In this document: piece after piece, positions 6,325 through 14,200 of the stretch | How positions within the stretch are numbered: position 1 is the stretch's first letter | How the letters are laid out: every line of letters starts with the position of its first letter | Assembly (NCBI RefSeq): GCF_037963865.1 | Contig: NZ_CP150170.1 | Coordinates: 6,317,760 to 6,357,759 of the forward strand | Length of the DNA stretch: 40,000 bases | Source of the DNA: Paenibacillus sp. FSL R10-2734 | GTDB taxonomy: Bacteria > Bacillota > Bacilli > Paenibacillales > Paenibacillaceae | Direction: 5' to 3' | Made by a program: the position numbers and the translations under genes | The notes under the pieces: model-generated | Told to the model about the DNA's origin: nothing | The model's input: the letters and a program-made list of their open reading frames with translations, nothing else | Database searches by the model: none

Positions 6325-7059
6325 TTAATAAATAGTATACGAGCTATTTTTATTATACGTACCGTCGGTTGGCGCGTCAACGTATGGATATTCTGCCCAT
6401 GGTAAAAATATAGTGTTCTCTCCATAGCTTGTATTATAACTCGTGTATTTTGATGCCCCACCTGTTGCTCTGATCTGTCTAATAACATCAGCGGTCATTA
6501 GATCATCCATTATCGATGCTAGACCATACCAACCAATTAAGTGACTTATAACTGGGTATTTACTAGACAAAAGATAACTCACAAAAACTGTTGTTACATC
6601 TGACCACGTAGCTAACTTGCCATTTTGATAATTTTGAATTAATGATGAGGTTACAGTTGGCGCGTTTAGTTGCTCCCTAAGAGTCCCTGCATACAGGCTA
6701 CCAGAATACACTTGCGTGAAGGTTTCCCCTCCCCTAGGCATGCGAACATTTTTAGATCGAGCGCTGAAGTTATTAACATTTTCCGAATAACTATTTTCTA
6801 TATAATCATAAAATACCTGATAAACCTCTTCAGAAGCGTTTTGAGCATCCAGTTGTTCTTTAGCGATTTCTTTAAGTGCAGAGATTCCTTCCTCGTCACT
6901 CATTCTATTACGTTGATTATTCTCCTCTGCTTTTTTTACATCAATATCCCACCAACTTTCAGTATTGGTAGTTTGACTCTCGGACGCAAAAACTGGTACG
7001 ACTTGGAATATTAGTGCGAAAACAAGTAAAAATGATAATACTTTTTTCAATTTAAACAT
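6325..7059 (-). CDS. Secreted hypothetical protein
   Basis: Signal peptide MFKLKKVLSFLLVFALIFQVVPVFA/SES. 244 aa with no recognisable domain. Confidence 0.6.
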   Translation of the reverse strand: MFKLKKVLSFLLVFALIFQVVPVFASESQTTNTESWWDIDVKKAEENNQRNRMSDEEGISALKEIAKEQLDAQNASEEVYQVFYDYIENSYSENVNNFSARSKNVRMPRGGETFTQVYSGSLYAGTLREQLNAPTVTSSLIQNYQNGKLATWSDVTTVFVSYLLSSKYPVISHLIGWYGLASIMDDLMTADVIRQIRATGGASKYTSYNTSYGENTIFLPWAEYPYVDAPTDGTYNKNSSYTIY

Positions 7060-7271
7060 CCTCTCTTTTTTTTAAAAATACTAGTAAAATATACTATAAT
7101 ATGGATTATTTTGATGTAGTATTAAAATACTATTTAAATTACAAAATCTATCAAATTACGACAAATATTATATTTTAAATTTTAATATATCGACATAAAA
7201 AAACAAAATAAATAACAAAATAATTCCATTTTTTTGTTTAAAACCATACAAAATTGATAAGATTGAAACAG

Positions 7272-7310
7272 AAAAAAACCTGTCAGCCAATAAGGTCGAC
7301 AGGTTTTTGT
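7272..7310 (-). terminator. Bidirectional hairpin terminator
   Basis: AACCTGTC...GACAGGTT flanked by an A-run and a T-run. Confidence 0.65.
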
Positions 7311-7319
7311 TATAAATAC

Positions 7320-7535
7320 TTATGCCAAAATCATCCTAAATTCAAATTCATTTCTCATGTAATAAGCATCGGCAACCTTAACGCTACAAGGACTCCATTT
7401 CTGGACTGGACCTCCACAATCAATTATGCAGCCAGCTAGATCACCACGGCGTTCAAGTATATCCACTTCAGACTGTGACAAAGCAGCAGTTAGAAATTCA
7501 GAGTCTGACTTGATGACTTTGTATACATTACTCAA
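7320..7535 (-). CDS. Small hypothetical protein A (71 aa), paralog of 8896-9090
   Basis: TTG start preceded by GGAGTGAT, the same RBS context as paralog B. Shared pattern YKV(I/L)(K/R)SD..F...AL..S.V...II..GG.V. The N-terminal extension of the 114-aa track ORF crosses a terminator-like hairpin. Confidence 0.5.
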   Translation of the reverse strand: MSNVYKVIKSDSEFLTAALSQSEVDILERRGDLAGCIIDCGGPVQKWSPCSVKVADAYYMRNEFEFRMILA

Positions 7536-7550
7536 TACGATCACTCCTAT

Positions 7551-7581
7551 GCAATAAAATACCCTACCGATATTGGCAGGG
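7551..7581 (-). terminator. Copy of the CCCUGCC/GGURGGG hairpin plus U-rich tail
   Basis: Minus strand CCCTGCC-AATATC-GGTAGGG then TATTTTATTGC. Related to the hairpins at 9887-9906, 10856-10875 and 14208-14228. Confidence 0.45.
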
Positions 7582-7746
7582 TACGGTGCTTCCGTATAAC
7601 TGTAATATAAACTACTCTCCACTTTATGTATGTGACAAATAAGGATATTATTATATTTTCTCATTATTTATCCATTATTCTCCGATAATAAAGATTGGAC
7701 ACCATATATCAACCTTAAAGAAAATTGTGAGGAGAGAAATAGATCC

Positions 7747-8829
7747 ATGCTGAATGCTGAACCTTTGCAGTCAATAATTAAATGTCTTACGATTACGCTT
7801 GAAATCTCAATAATATTTTTTCTGATTTTTTTCCCAACCATTAACCGTTTACCTGTATTCAGAGTTCTTTTCCGAATCGGACATCGTATAACAACCATGA
7901 TGCTACCTGTATCTTTACCACTATTTTTTGTATATGTGTTTACTATCTCCGGTATCATGATTGCCTCAAAATTTTCAAGTTTACCTTTCAATTCCTTTTT
8001 ATTGGCATTTTCATTATCCACGAAAATCTTTTTGTACACACTTTTCCCAGCCCTGATTATTCATCTAACTTGCTTATTAATAATGTCTATCCTTAAATCA
8101 ACGCATAAAATTCAATACGAACGTTTTGGAATTCTATCTCAATGGGGAACAAAGACAAGAGCTTATAAGAGAGCTATCAATTGGGTACCCGTTGTTTCAG
8201 AAAAACTACTGCCTGTATTAAAATCCTTAACAACGAATAGACCTACCTTAAATATTCTTGCTCCGGCAGCCAATGATGGAACAGAAGAATTAGACCTGGC
8301 CCAATCTTTTTCCCAACTGACTCAACGCAAAATTCGTATGCAAACCAGTGACGCTTCACCTATGAAACACCAAAAAACTTTGAATACTCCAACTGTTGAA
8401 TTCACTTATGAACAGTGTGATGCTTTTGAGCTTCCAAATAAGATTAAAGAATTACAAGATATAATTTATGACCCTAAAGGCATCCTTTGGTTTACATTCG
8501 GTAAGGACAAAAAGTTACTGCCTGCTCTCCAACTCTTTTATAATCTACTCACACACGATGGCATTGTAATTATAGATGCTCCAGATGAACAGAAAAGAAA
8601 TCAGAAAAAAAATCGCCATCGCCTTTATTTTGGAATGAAGCTACGGTATTATTGTGAGTCATCCACCTATACTCATATTGAAAAGGCCTTTAAACCGGGC
8701 TCTGCAGCAAGTAAATTGTTTACCTTAGAAAAAGTCGATGGACTATCCGGACCTTACGGAATGGTGATACTTCGAAAAGTTCCAGCTGATACTTTAAATC
8801 AGAGAAAAAAAGAAGAGAACGTAGGATAA
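7747..8829 (+). CDS. Hypothetical protein: N-terminal hydrophobic region plus C-terminal Rossmann/class-I methyltransferase-like domain (weak)
   Basis: RBS GAGGAGAG lies about 10 nt upstream of the ATG at 7747. The C-terminal half has MTase-like strand pattern (LNILAPAANDGTEE, MQTSDAS, CDAFELP, LLTHDGIVIID) but a degenerate motif I. The N-terminal part overlaps an antisense ORF. Confidence 0.4.
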   Translation: MLNAEPLQSIIKCLTITLEISIIFFLIFFPTINRLPVFRVLFRIGHRITTMMLPVSLPLFFVYVFTISGIMIASKFSSLPFNSFLLAFSLSTKIFLYTLFPALIIHLTCLLIMSILKSTHKIQYERFGILSQWGTKTRAYKRAINWVPVVSEKLLPVLKSLTTNRPTLNILAPAANDGTEELDLAQSFSQLTQRKIRMQTSDASPMKHQKTLNTPTVEFTYEQCDAFELPNKIKELQDIIYDPKGILWFTFGKDKKLLPALQLFYNLLTHDGIVIIDAPDEQKRNQKKNRHRLYFGMKLRYYCESSTYTHIEKAFKPGSAASKLFTLEKVDGLSGPYGMVILRKVPADTLNQRKKEENVG

Positions 8830-8843
8830 TACATAAGAGAAAG

Positions 8844-8886
8844 AATAGCTCATCTTCCATTTAGGTTGATGAGTTATTTTATATTT
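8844..8886 (+). terminator. Hairpin terminator between convergent genes
   Basis: AATAGCTCATC / GATGAGTTATT (one G:U pair) followed by a TTTT-rich tail. Confidence 0.55.
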
Positions 8887-8895
8887 GCTCTGAAT

Positions 8896-9090
8896 TCAAA
8901 ACACTAGGACAAAGTTTAAACCAGAAAGCCTGATGGATTCAGGAGTAAATTCTTCTACAAGACCTCCATAATTAATTATGTGGTCTATCTGATCCGGACC
9001 AAGCCTAAACCAGACAGACACCTTGGATTTCGCTAGGGCGGACACGAAGAAATCATTGTCACTCCGTAAAACTTTATATGTAGTGTTCAA
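8896..9090 (-). CDS. Small hypothetical protein B (64 aa), translationally coupled to the 4-TM gene
   Basis: The upstream gene ends ...GCG GAG TGA, then TAC, then the TTG start. GGAGTG serves as the RBS. Confidence 0.55.
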   Translation of the reverse strand: MNTTYKVLRSDNDFFVSALAKSKVSVWFRLGPDQIDHIINYGGLVEEFTPESIRLSGLNFVLVF

Positions 9091-9094
9091 AGTA

Positions 9095-9766
9095 TCACTC
9101 CGCCTGAATTTTTTCTTTACTTTCTACTATACTAACCTTTTCTTCTGCATTAATAACCTTCTTCGCCGTGTCAACAATTTTTGTAAAAAACGCAAATATA
9201 AACTCGGAGCTGTATCCTGCCGCAAAAATAATTGCATTGATTTTTGAAATCCCTACTATTGTATCGTCTTCAATTTTAACGAGACTAATAAAAACAATTG
9301 GGAATAAAAAAACCAATAGAAAACGAATATTAAAGCTTTCATACTCATTTTTCAAAGCCAGCGCTTTGGAGAACATATAAGAGAATGTACCAAACAATGC
9401 GATGAATGCAAAATAAAGAAACTGATAAACACTGAACAAAAAAGGTTGATTTAACTTAGATAAATCCTCAGTCAAGTTAGCTATTAAGATTGAAAATACT
9501 CCTAAAATGACGATGCCCCAAATTCCTCGTTGTAATATTTTTTCTTCATTTTTTTCGGGATGGTTTACCAATTTCTTTTCTAATACTATTATTTCGTATT
9601 TAATATCTACAAGTTGTGAAAGACTTGGTTCCTTTAAGATCAGTCTTTTTTCAATTTTTTTGCATCTTTTAGTTAGCGAAGATGGAAGTTCAGAATTCGA
9701 GGTTAAGTACTTTCCTCTTATGCGCTCTATCTCTTCAATAAGCATTTGCTGGGTTAATTGTGTCAT
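9095..9766 (-). CDS. Membrane protein: about 85-aa N-terminal helical/coiled-coil region plus 4 TM helices (possible pore/effector)
   Basis: Charged helical N-terminus (MTQLTQQMLIEEIERIRGKY...). TM segments: GIWGIVILGVFSILIANL, FLFSVYQFLYFAFIALFGTFSYMF, IRFLLVFLFPIVFISLV, INAIIFAAGYSSEFIFAFF. Confidence 0.6.
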   Translation of the reverse strand: MTQLTQQMLIEEIERIRGKYLTSNSELPSSLTKRCKKIEKRLILKEPSLSQLVDIKYEIIVLEKKLVNHPEKNEEKILQRGIWGIVILGVFSILIANLTEDLSKLNQPFLFSVYQFLYFAFIALFGTFSYMFSKALALKNEYESFNIRFLLVFLFPIVFISLVKIEDDTIVGISKINAIIFAAGYSSEFIFAFFTKIVDTAKKVINAEEKVSIVESKEKIQAE

Positions 9767-9816
9767 TAATTCCTGCCAACCACCTTATATTTAATTAGGT
9801 AATAGATCAAATATAG

Positions 9817-9906
9817 TTCATTTGGAACATTATGTATATGCACTCTATATCTCTGGTAAGGAAGATTTCCTGAAAGCAAAGAAATGCCCCACCATTGTTG
9901 GCAGGG
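9817..9906 (-). promoter_or_regulatory. Terminator-hairpin plus leader/promoter cassette, copy 1 (upstream of the 4-TM gene)
   Basis: About 90 bp similar to 10784-10875, including the 35-nt near-identical core TTCATTTGGAACATTATGTATATG(C/T)ACTCTATATC. Contains a CATAAT -10-like box on the minus strand (rc of 9829-9834). Confidence 0.5.
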
Positions 9907-9943
9907 CACGGTGCTCCAGTGCTCATGAATTTCAAAGTTCAAA

Positions 9944-10732
9944 TTAGATTTTATTTAATCTACGAGTTATTGCTTCTATTAACAAGGCCAATTCATTATC
10001 CTTTCCAAAGGCATGGCTATATGCTGAGAGAACGTGACTCCCTTTCATACGTTCCTTTCTAATAGCATGTAATACATATCCAGCTGTTACTGTAGTGCCC
10101 TCTATTGTAAAAGCAAAATTGCGATTGATATCATCTAATTCAGGGTACGTATCTTTCTCTGATTCAATGCTACGTAACAAGTTATCAGGAATAGCACTTC
10201 TTTCGATGGCTAATCGATCTAACAGCATTCTTTTTTCTCCGTTTGTCACATCCAATTTCTTTCTTACTTCTTCTAGCTCTCTCATTAATAATTCTGCTTC
10301 TTTACGACTGATAGTTGGTTCAGTTACATTTGAAGGTACTTCGTCTAATCTATCCATTAATAACTTCAATCCATGTTTATAACTCTCCTTACTTGTAAAA
10401 TCAGCATATAATTTTCCCTTTAAGAATCCAGGAAGTTCTACACTCTCTAACATTATAGGTAGCACTTTCACTACTTTTCCTTCGATTTCTTGGTTCATAG
10501 CAATATCAACTTCTCGTTTGACCCATTCGGAATTAATTGAGTTTTTCGATAATACTACTCCCACAAACATAACTTTATCTATGCCTTCTCTTATTTTTGT
10601 TATAAGAGAATCCCCTATTTTTATTTCTGCTTCATCAACCCAAACGTAATACCCTTTCCTTTGCAAATCTTTTGCTAATTTTCGAACGAACGGTTTATCA
10701 TTAGAGTTATGACTTAAAAAAATACTACTCAT
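9944..10732 (-). CDS. TIR-domain protein (N-terminal TIR, coiled-coil linker, unknown about 100-aa C-terminal domain)
   Basis: SSIFLSHNSNDKPFVRKLAKDLQRKGYYVWVDEAEIKIGDSL...VVLSKNSINSEWVKREVDIA has the TIR signature with a W-x3-E putative catalytic Glu. RBS AGAAGAGGGA lies 8 nt before the ATG at 10732; the track start at 10768 lies in the leader cassette. Confidence 0.85.
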   Translation of the reverse strand: MSSIFLSHNSNDKPFVRKLAKDLQRKGYYVWVDEAEIKIGDSLITKIREGIDKVMFVGVVLSKNSINSEWVKREVDIAMNQEIEGKVVKVLPIMLESVELPGFLKGKLYADFTSKESYKHGLKLLMDRLDEVPSNVTEPTISRKEAELLMRELEEVRKKLDVTNGEKRMLLDRLAIERSAIPDNLLRSIESEKDTYPELDDINRNFAFTIEGTTVTAGYVLHAIRKERMKGSHVLSAYSHAFGKDNELALLIEAITRRLNKI

Positions 10733-10783
10733 TTTACACGTCCCTCTTCTATTTGATGTAAAAAACAAGTAAAAATAGTATAT

Positions 10784-10875
10784 TTCATTTGGAACATTAT
10801 GTATATGTACTCTATATCACTTGAAAGAAAATTTTCACGGAACGCAAAGAAATACCCCACCATTGCAGGTAGGGG
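10784..10875 (-). promoter_or_regulatory. Terminator-hairpin plus leader/promoter cassette, copy 2 (upstream of the TIR gene)
   Basis: Repeat of 9817-9906. Minus strand has TTCAAG (rc of 10820-10825), N18, CATAAT (rc of 10796-10801). Hairpin CCCTACC-TGCAAT-GGTGGGG followed by TATTTCTTTGC. Confidence 0.5.
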
Positions 10876-10894
10876 TGAAGTTTGCTTATATAAG

Positions 10895-11452
10895 TTAGTG
10901 TTTATATAAATTGCAATTCTCATCATTTTCCATAATAACATTTAAAAAAATATCCGCAGGTAAGCCAGACTTTTTCATTTTAATAAGATTAGCTTCGTGT
11001 TCATTTACTCCATGAACAGTTACTCTCCCGACTGCTTTTCCCTTCGATAAATAAACATTCAAATCAATTTGATCTTTTGATAGAAACGGGAATGATTTCG
11101 ACCATAAAATAACTTCATTACTTTTAGTGTTAATTTCGTAAATGGATTTTTTTGTATTGTTGGAATTAACAAGAACTTTAATACCAAAATAAAACAAAAT
11201 TATCAAAGGTATTAAAATTACAGATAAAATAAAACCTGATAATTCCGATTTTGTGGTTAGGAAGAAATAAAAAATCCCTGTTACAAGAGACAAGAAAGCC
11301 CAGACAACAAGCGCTAACTGAAAAGTGATGGAAATTGCCTCAGCTTTATTAAAAATTGTTGAAGCCTTCCAAGTCTTTGCTCTGTAGAGAAGAAAGGTGA
11401 ATGTAAAAATGAAAAATAATAATGCCATTTGTACTATTATTATTGTTTTCAT
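10895..11452 (-). CDS. Membrane protein (3-4 N-terminal TM helices plus about 75-aa soluble C-terminal domain)
   Basis: RBS AAGGAGGT in the 24-nt gap after the lipase gene. TM segments: IIIVQMALLFFIFTFTFLL, ISITFQLALVVWAFLSLVTGIFYFFL, GFILSVILIPLIILFYFGI. Confidence 0.6.
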   Translation of the reverse strand: MKTIIIVQMALLFFIFTFTFLLYRAKTWKASTIFNKAEAISITFQLALVVWAFLSLVTGIFYFFLTTKSELSGFILSVILIPLIILFYFGIKVLVNSNNTKKSIYEINTKSNEVILWSKSFPFLSKDQIDLNVYLSKGKAVGRVTVHGVNEHEANLIKMKKSGLPADIFLNVIMENDENCNLYKH

Positions 11453-11476
11453 CTTTTCACATAACCTCCTTATCAG

Positions 11477-14071
11477 CTATTCTTCATCGTCCTTCATTAT
11501 AAGCGTTATTTCACGTAGTGCTGGACTAGTGTTTTTGACATCAGTAATTACTAGTCTAAATTTATGTTGTTTAAAGATCTCATCAACAACAAATTTCCCA
11601 TAATAAATCCCGTCTTTCTCAACCAAATCTCTCACTAATATATCTGGGGTCCTATTTCTAAAAGCTTTTAGTCTAACTGCAGGTGAAGTATTTGTAATCG
11701 TTTCTTTACTTCTTTCAGTGAGAAGTTGAAAAGAAAAATTGCACGTTTGTCCAACCTCTAGTACTTCTGTTGGTGCACCCTCAAAATAAAGTGAGTATTT
11801 TTCTGCGTAACGAGCCTCAATTTCAATAAGTTCCGATTTAAAAGATACGCCTTTAACGTTGTCTGGAACGACTGTACCAGTAGTGACTTTGGAGCCTTTT
11901 ACATCAATAAAACTAATGCTAAAATCTCCAAGCCCTATAGAATCATGTTTAAATATATTACCCCAAATCAGATCTGGCGTTATCGCTGATGTTGTTTCTT
12001 CCCACATTAATATCGGAATGTTACCCAAACTTAATTTAAGACTTTTGATTTCCTCTGTTTTTCCGAATTCATTTTCGGAATAGTAATCCAATTTCACGAA
12101 TGAATTGATGTCATTCAATAATTCTGTTATTGGAACAGTTACCTCTTCACCTTGGGATACCTCCTGAAATTCCTGATCACCTAAACGGTAAAACGTTTTT
12201 GAAGCACCGCCCAGTGAAATACTGTCAAAAATCAAAATGATGCCTTCTGGGTTAATATTGATATTTATTTTGGTCTTTGGATTATTATTATCGATAGTAA
12301 AAGTATAGTCCTTTGCCAACAGTGAACGATTATAAATATCTTTCCCAAAAGCTTTAATTTTATGAATTCCGGAATCAAGTACAAGTTCTTCAGCTTGAGC
12401 ATATTTCTTCGGAACTCCATCATCTACTGTATAATAAATATTTTCGACGAGTTCATTATTATCTGCAGTTATTTTCATTACAACTACGCCAGAAAAAAGA
12501 GGTCTGTACTTGATTCGCTCATTCCCTTGAACCTTTATTGTCAACTTAGGAACTGCATCTGTATTAGCAGTAATTAATTGCTTTGTGTAACTCCGCTTTT
12601 TAGAATTGTATTGCACATCATCGACAGTTAAATCTGCATCCTTAATATCACGAGATAATGGTATGCGTACAGTTGCAGCAATCTCATCCGATACCGGAAT
12701 AGGATCAAAACTTTGCTCTATGACCTCATCACCATCAAAATATTTAACTGAAACATCGGCAACACCAGTGTCATAAGAATTTATTTTTATAATAATATCT
12801 TCGTCTACCTTTTCAGAAAAGAAAATATACTTTGCTTCACCAACATTAAAATACATTATGGAATCGCCTTTGGCTAACGGACTAATTTCTTCAACGCTCG
12901 TATCGAACACTCCTGCAATATATTTATGCTGCGAATCCATAACTGTTGAATCCACAGGACAAAGAACTTTTGCTAAAACTTTCCGATTAAATACGTCAGT
13001 AAAAGGTTCAGTATTAATATGTTGCGGTAATACATTAACCTTTCCGTTAATTGACCAATCAATAAAATTCAAGACATAATCTAAATTTGTTAAATTTTTA
13101 TGTTCACCTTTGCAATAGTAAACATTTGCTTGATGACATGGAATACTACTCATTAATGGGACTACGCCATCTCCATTATCAAATTCACAGTCTCTCTTGA
13201 AGGGCAATCTTTTTTTGTCAGTTGTAAATGGAATTTTGTATATTGTCGGGACTTCGCATCCAATCAAACAGTCATGATCTATATAATCAGGTAAGGGTAA
13301 TTGAATAATTTCTTGGACAGGTTTCATGATATCATTCCATATATTAGGTGCAGAAGCATTGATTCCGTTGGCATCAAAAAACTGTTTGTTATACAATGAC
13401 TGTACCTTTAAAAGCATTTCTTCGTATGTAACCTCTTGTTCTTCCCCTACCAAAAATTTACCTTGCTCTAATTTATCATAATAGTGTTTACTCGGAAGCA
13501 ATTGGTATACAGAGGGTAATTGTGCAGCTAGTAAACGTGTTTTCTTATCATCAAACATTTGTAAAACTTGCGAAAAATTGCTGAATAGACCTGGTTCACC
13601 AAACACTAGGCTTTTGTAAGCATCGGGAGAACCGTGCCAAGGAGTACCCAAAGTAATAAATTTTGTTACTTTGTTATGTAATCCTAGAGAATCTAATTCG
13701 TGTATCGCCATTTTTGATAGTATACCACCCATACTATGAGCTACTAAAACAATCGATTCGTGATTTTGGCTTTCGTTTACAATTCTCCTTGTTAATTGAT
13801 CAACTATATCGAGAAGTGATTGTCTCCAATCATACGCAAAAAACGCAAAATTTTCAGGGGAATAGTGTTCCAGTATACCTTTATAAATTTCTGCTTTATA
13901 AAATCCAAATGCATTTACAATATTCAAAATCCCCTTTGCCTCAAGAGGATTATTAATATTTAATGCATTAAAATCATCTAGGTTTTTTGGAAACCACCGT
14001 TTATTATCTCCCTCGAACAGCTCACTACCTTTGATGCCTGGCACAAATAAAATGAATGGTTGCACTTCCAC
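11477..14071 (-). CDS. 864-aa LCAT/PGAP1-like alpha/beta-hydrolase (lipase/phospholipase-acyltransferase) fused to about 450 aa of beta-sandwich repeats; no signal peptide
   Basis: GTG start with RBS AGGAGG. Motifs: YDWR (aa 80-83), nucleophile elbow AHSMGG (Ser113, nt about 13726-13743), LGTPWHGSPDA, DNGDGVVP, GEHKNL. The C-terminal half contains IYYTVDDG.. and TFYRLGDQ.. Ig/chitobiase-C-like repeats. Confidence 0.75.
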   Translation of the reverse strand: MEVQPFILFVPGIKGSELFEGDNKRWFPKNLDDFNALNINNPLEAKGILNIVNAFGFYKAEIYKGILEHYSPENFAFFAYDWRQSLLDIVDQLTRRIVNESQNHESIVLVAHSMGGILSKMAIHELDSLGLHNKVTKFITLGTPWHGSPDAYKSLVFGEPGLFSNFSQVLQMFDDKKTRLLAAQLPSVYQLLPSKHYYDKLEQGKFLVGEEQEVTYEEMLLKVQSLYNKQFFDANGINASAPNIWNDIMKPVQEIIQLPLPDYIDHDCLIGCEVPTIYKIPFTTDKKRLPFKRDCEFDNGDGVVPLMSSIPCHQANVYYCKGEHKNLTNLDYVLNFIDWSINGKVNVLPQHINTEPFTDVFNRKVLAKVLCPVDSTVMDSQHKYIAGVFDTSVEEISPLAKGDSIMYFNVGEAKYIFFSEKVDEDIIIKINSYDTGVADVSVKYFDGDEVIEQSFDPIPVSDEIAATVRIPLSRDIKDADLTVDDVQYNSKKRSYTKQLITANTDAVPKLTIKVQGNERIKYRPLFSGVVVMKITADNNELVENIYYTVDDGVPKKYAQAEELVLDSGIHKIKAFGKDIYNRSLLAKDYTFTIDNNNPKTKINININPEGIILIFDSISLGGASKTFYRLGDQEFQEVSQGEEVTVPITELLNDINSFVKLDYYSENEFGKTEEIKSLKLSLGNIPILMWEETTSAITPDLIWGNIFKHDSIGLGDFSISFIDVKGSKVTTGTVVPDNVKGVSFKSELIEIEARYAEKYSLYFEGAPTEVLEVGQTCNFSFQLLTERSKETITNTSPAVRLKAFRNRTPDILVRDLVEKDGIYYGKFVVDEIFKQHKFRLVITDVKNTSPALREITLIMKDDEE

Positions 14072-14200
14072 AATAAGCCTCCTAAATTTTCCATATTAAA
14101 TATTCTCTATAATTCGCCATATTACATCAATTCCCTTCTTTTTGATATATACGTTTACCATATGCGTTGTTAAAAACACCAAACTGAGCAAGTCAACAAA

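Noticed and set aside
7536-7664. N-terminal 43 aa of the 114-aa track ORF 7320-7664
   Set aside because: The extension runs through the conserved terminator-like hairpin (7562-7581) and has no RBS. The paralog alignment and the GGAGTGAT-TTG context support a start at 7535.
7668-8039. 123-aa minus-strand ORF (GTG start) antisense to the 5' part of 7747-8829
   Set aside because: This is ambiguous. It is Lys/Asn-rich, and its antisense would automatically look hydrophobic, so it could be the real gene with the methyltransferase-like ORF starting later (for example the Met at 8083). I kept the plus ORF because only it has a good SD (GAGGAGAG). The minus ORF has a weak GGGAAAAG/GTG context. Ribo-seq or homolog comparison is needed.
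10729-10941. 70-aa track ORF spanning the TIR upstream region
   Set aside because: It covers the repeated leader/terminator cassette and overlaps the end of 10895-11452. No RBS. The similarity between the two cassette copies is at nucleotide level and not frame-preserving.
8896-14071. Calling the TIR cluster a Thoeris (or CBASS/Pycsar) system
   Set aside because: I could find no SIR2, SLOG, Macro, CD-NTase, cyclase or STING-like sequence features in any neighbouring ORF. Naming it Thoeris would be unsupported, so it is reported as unclassified.
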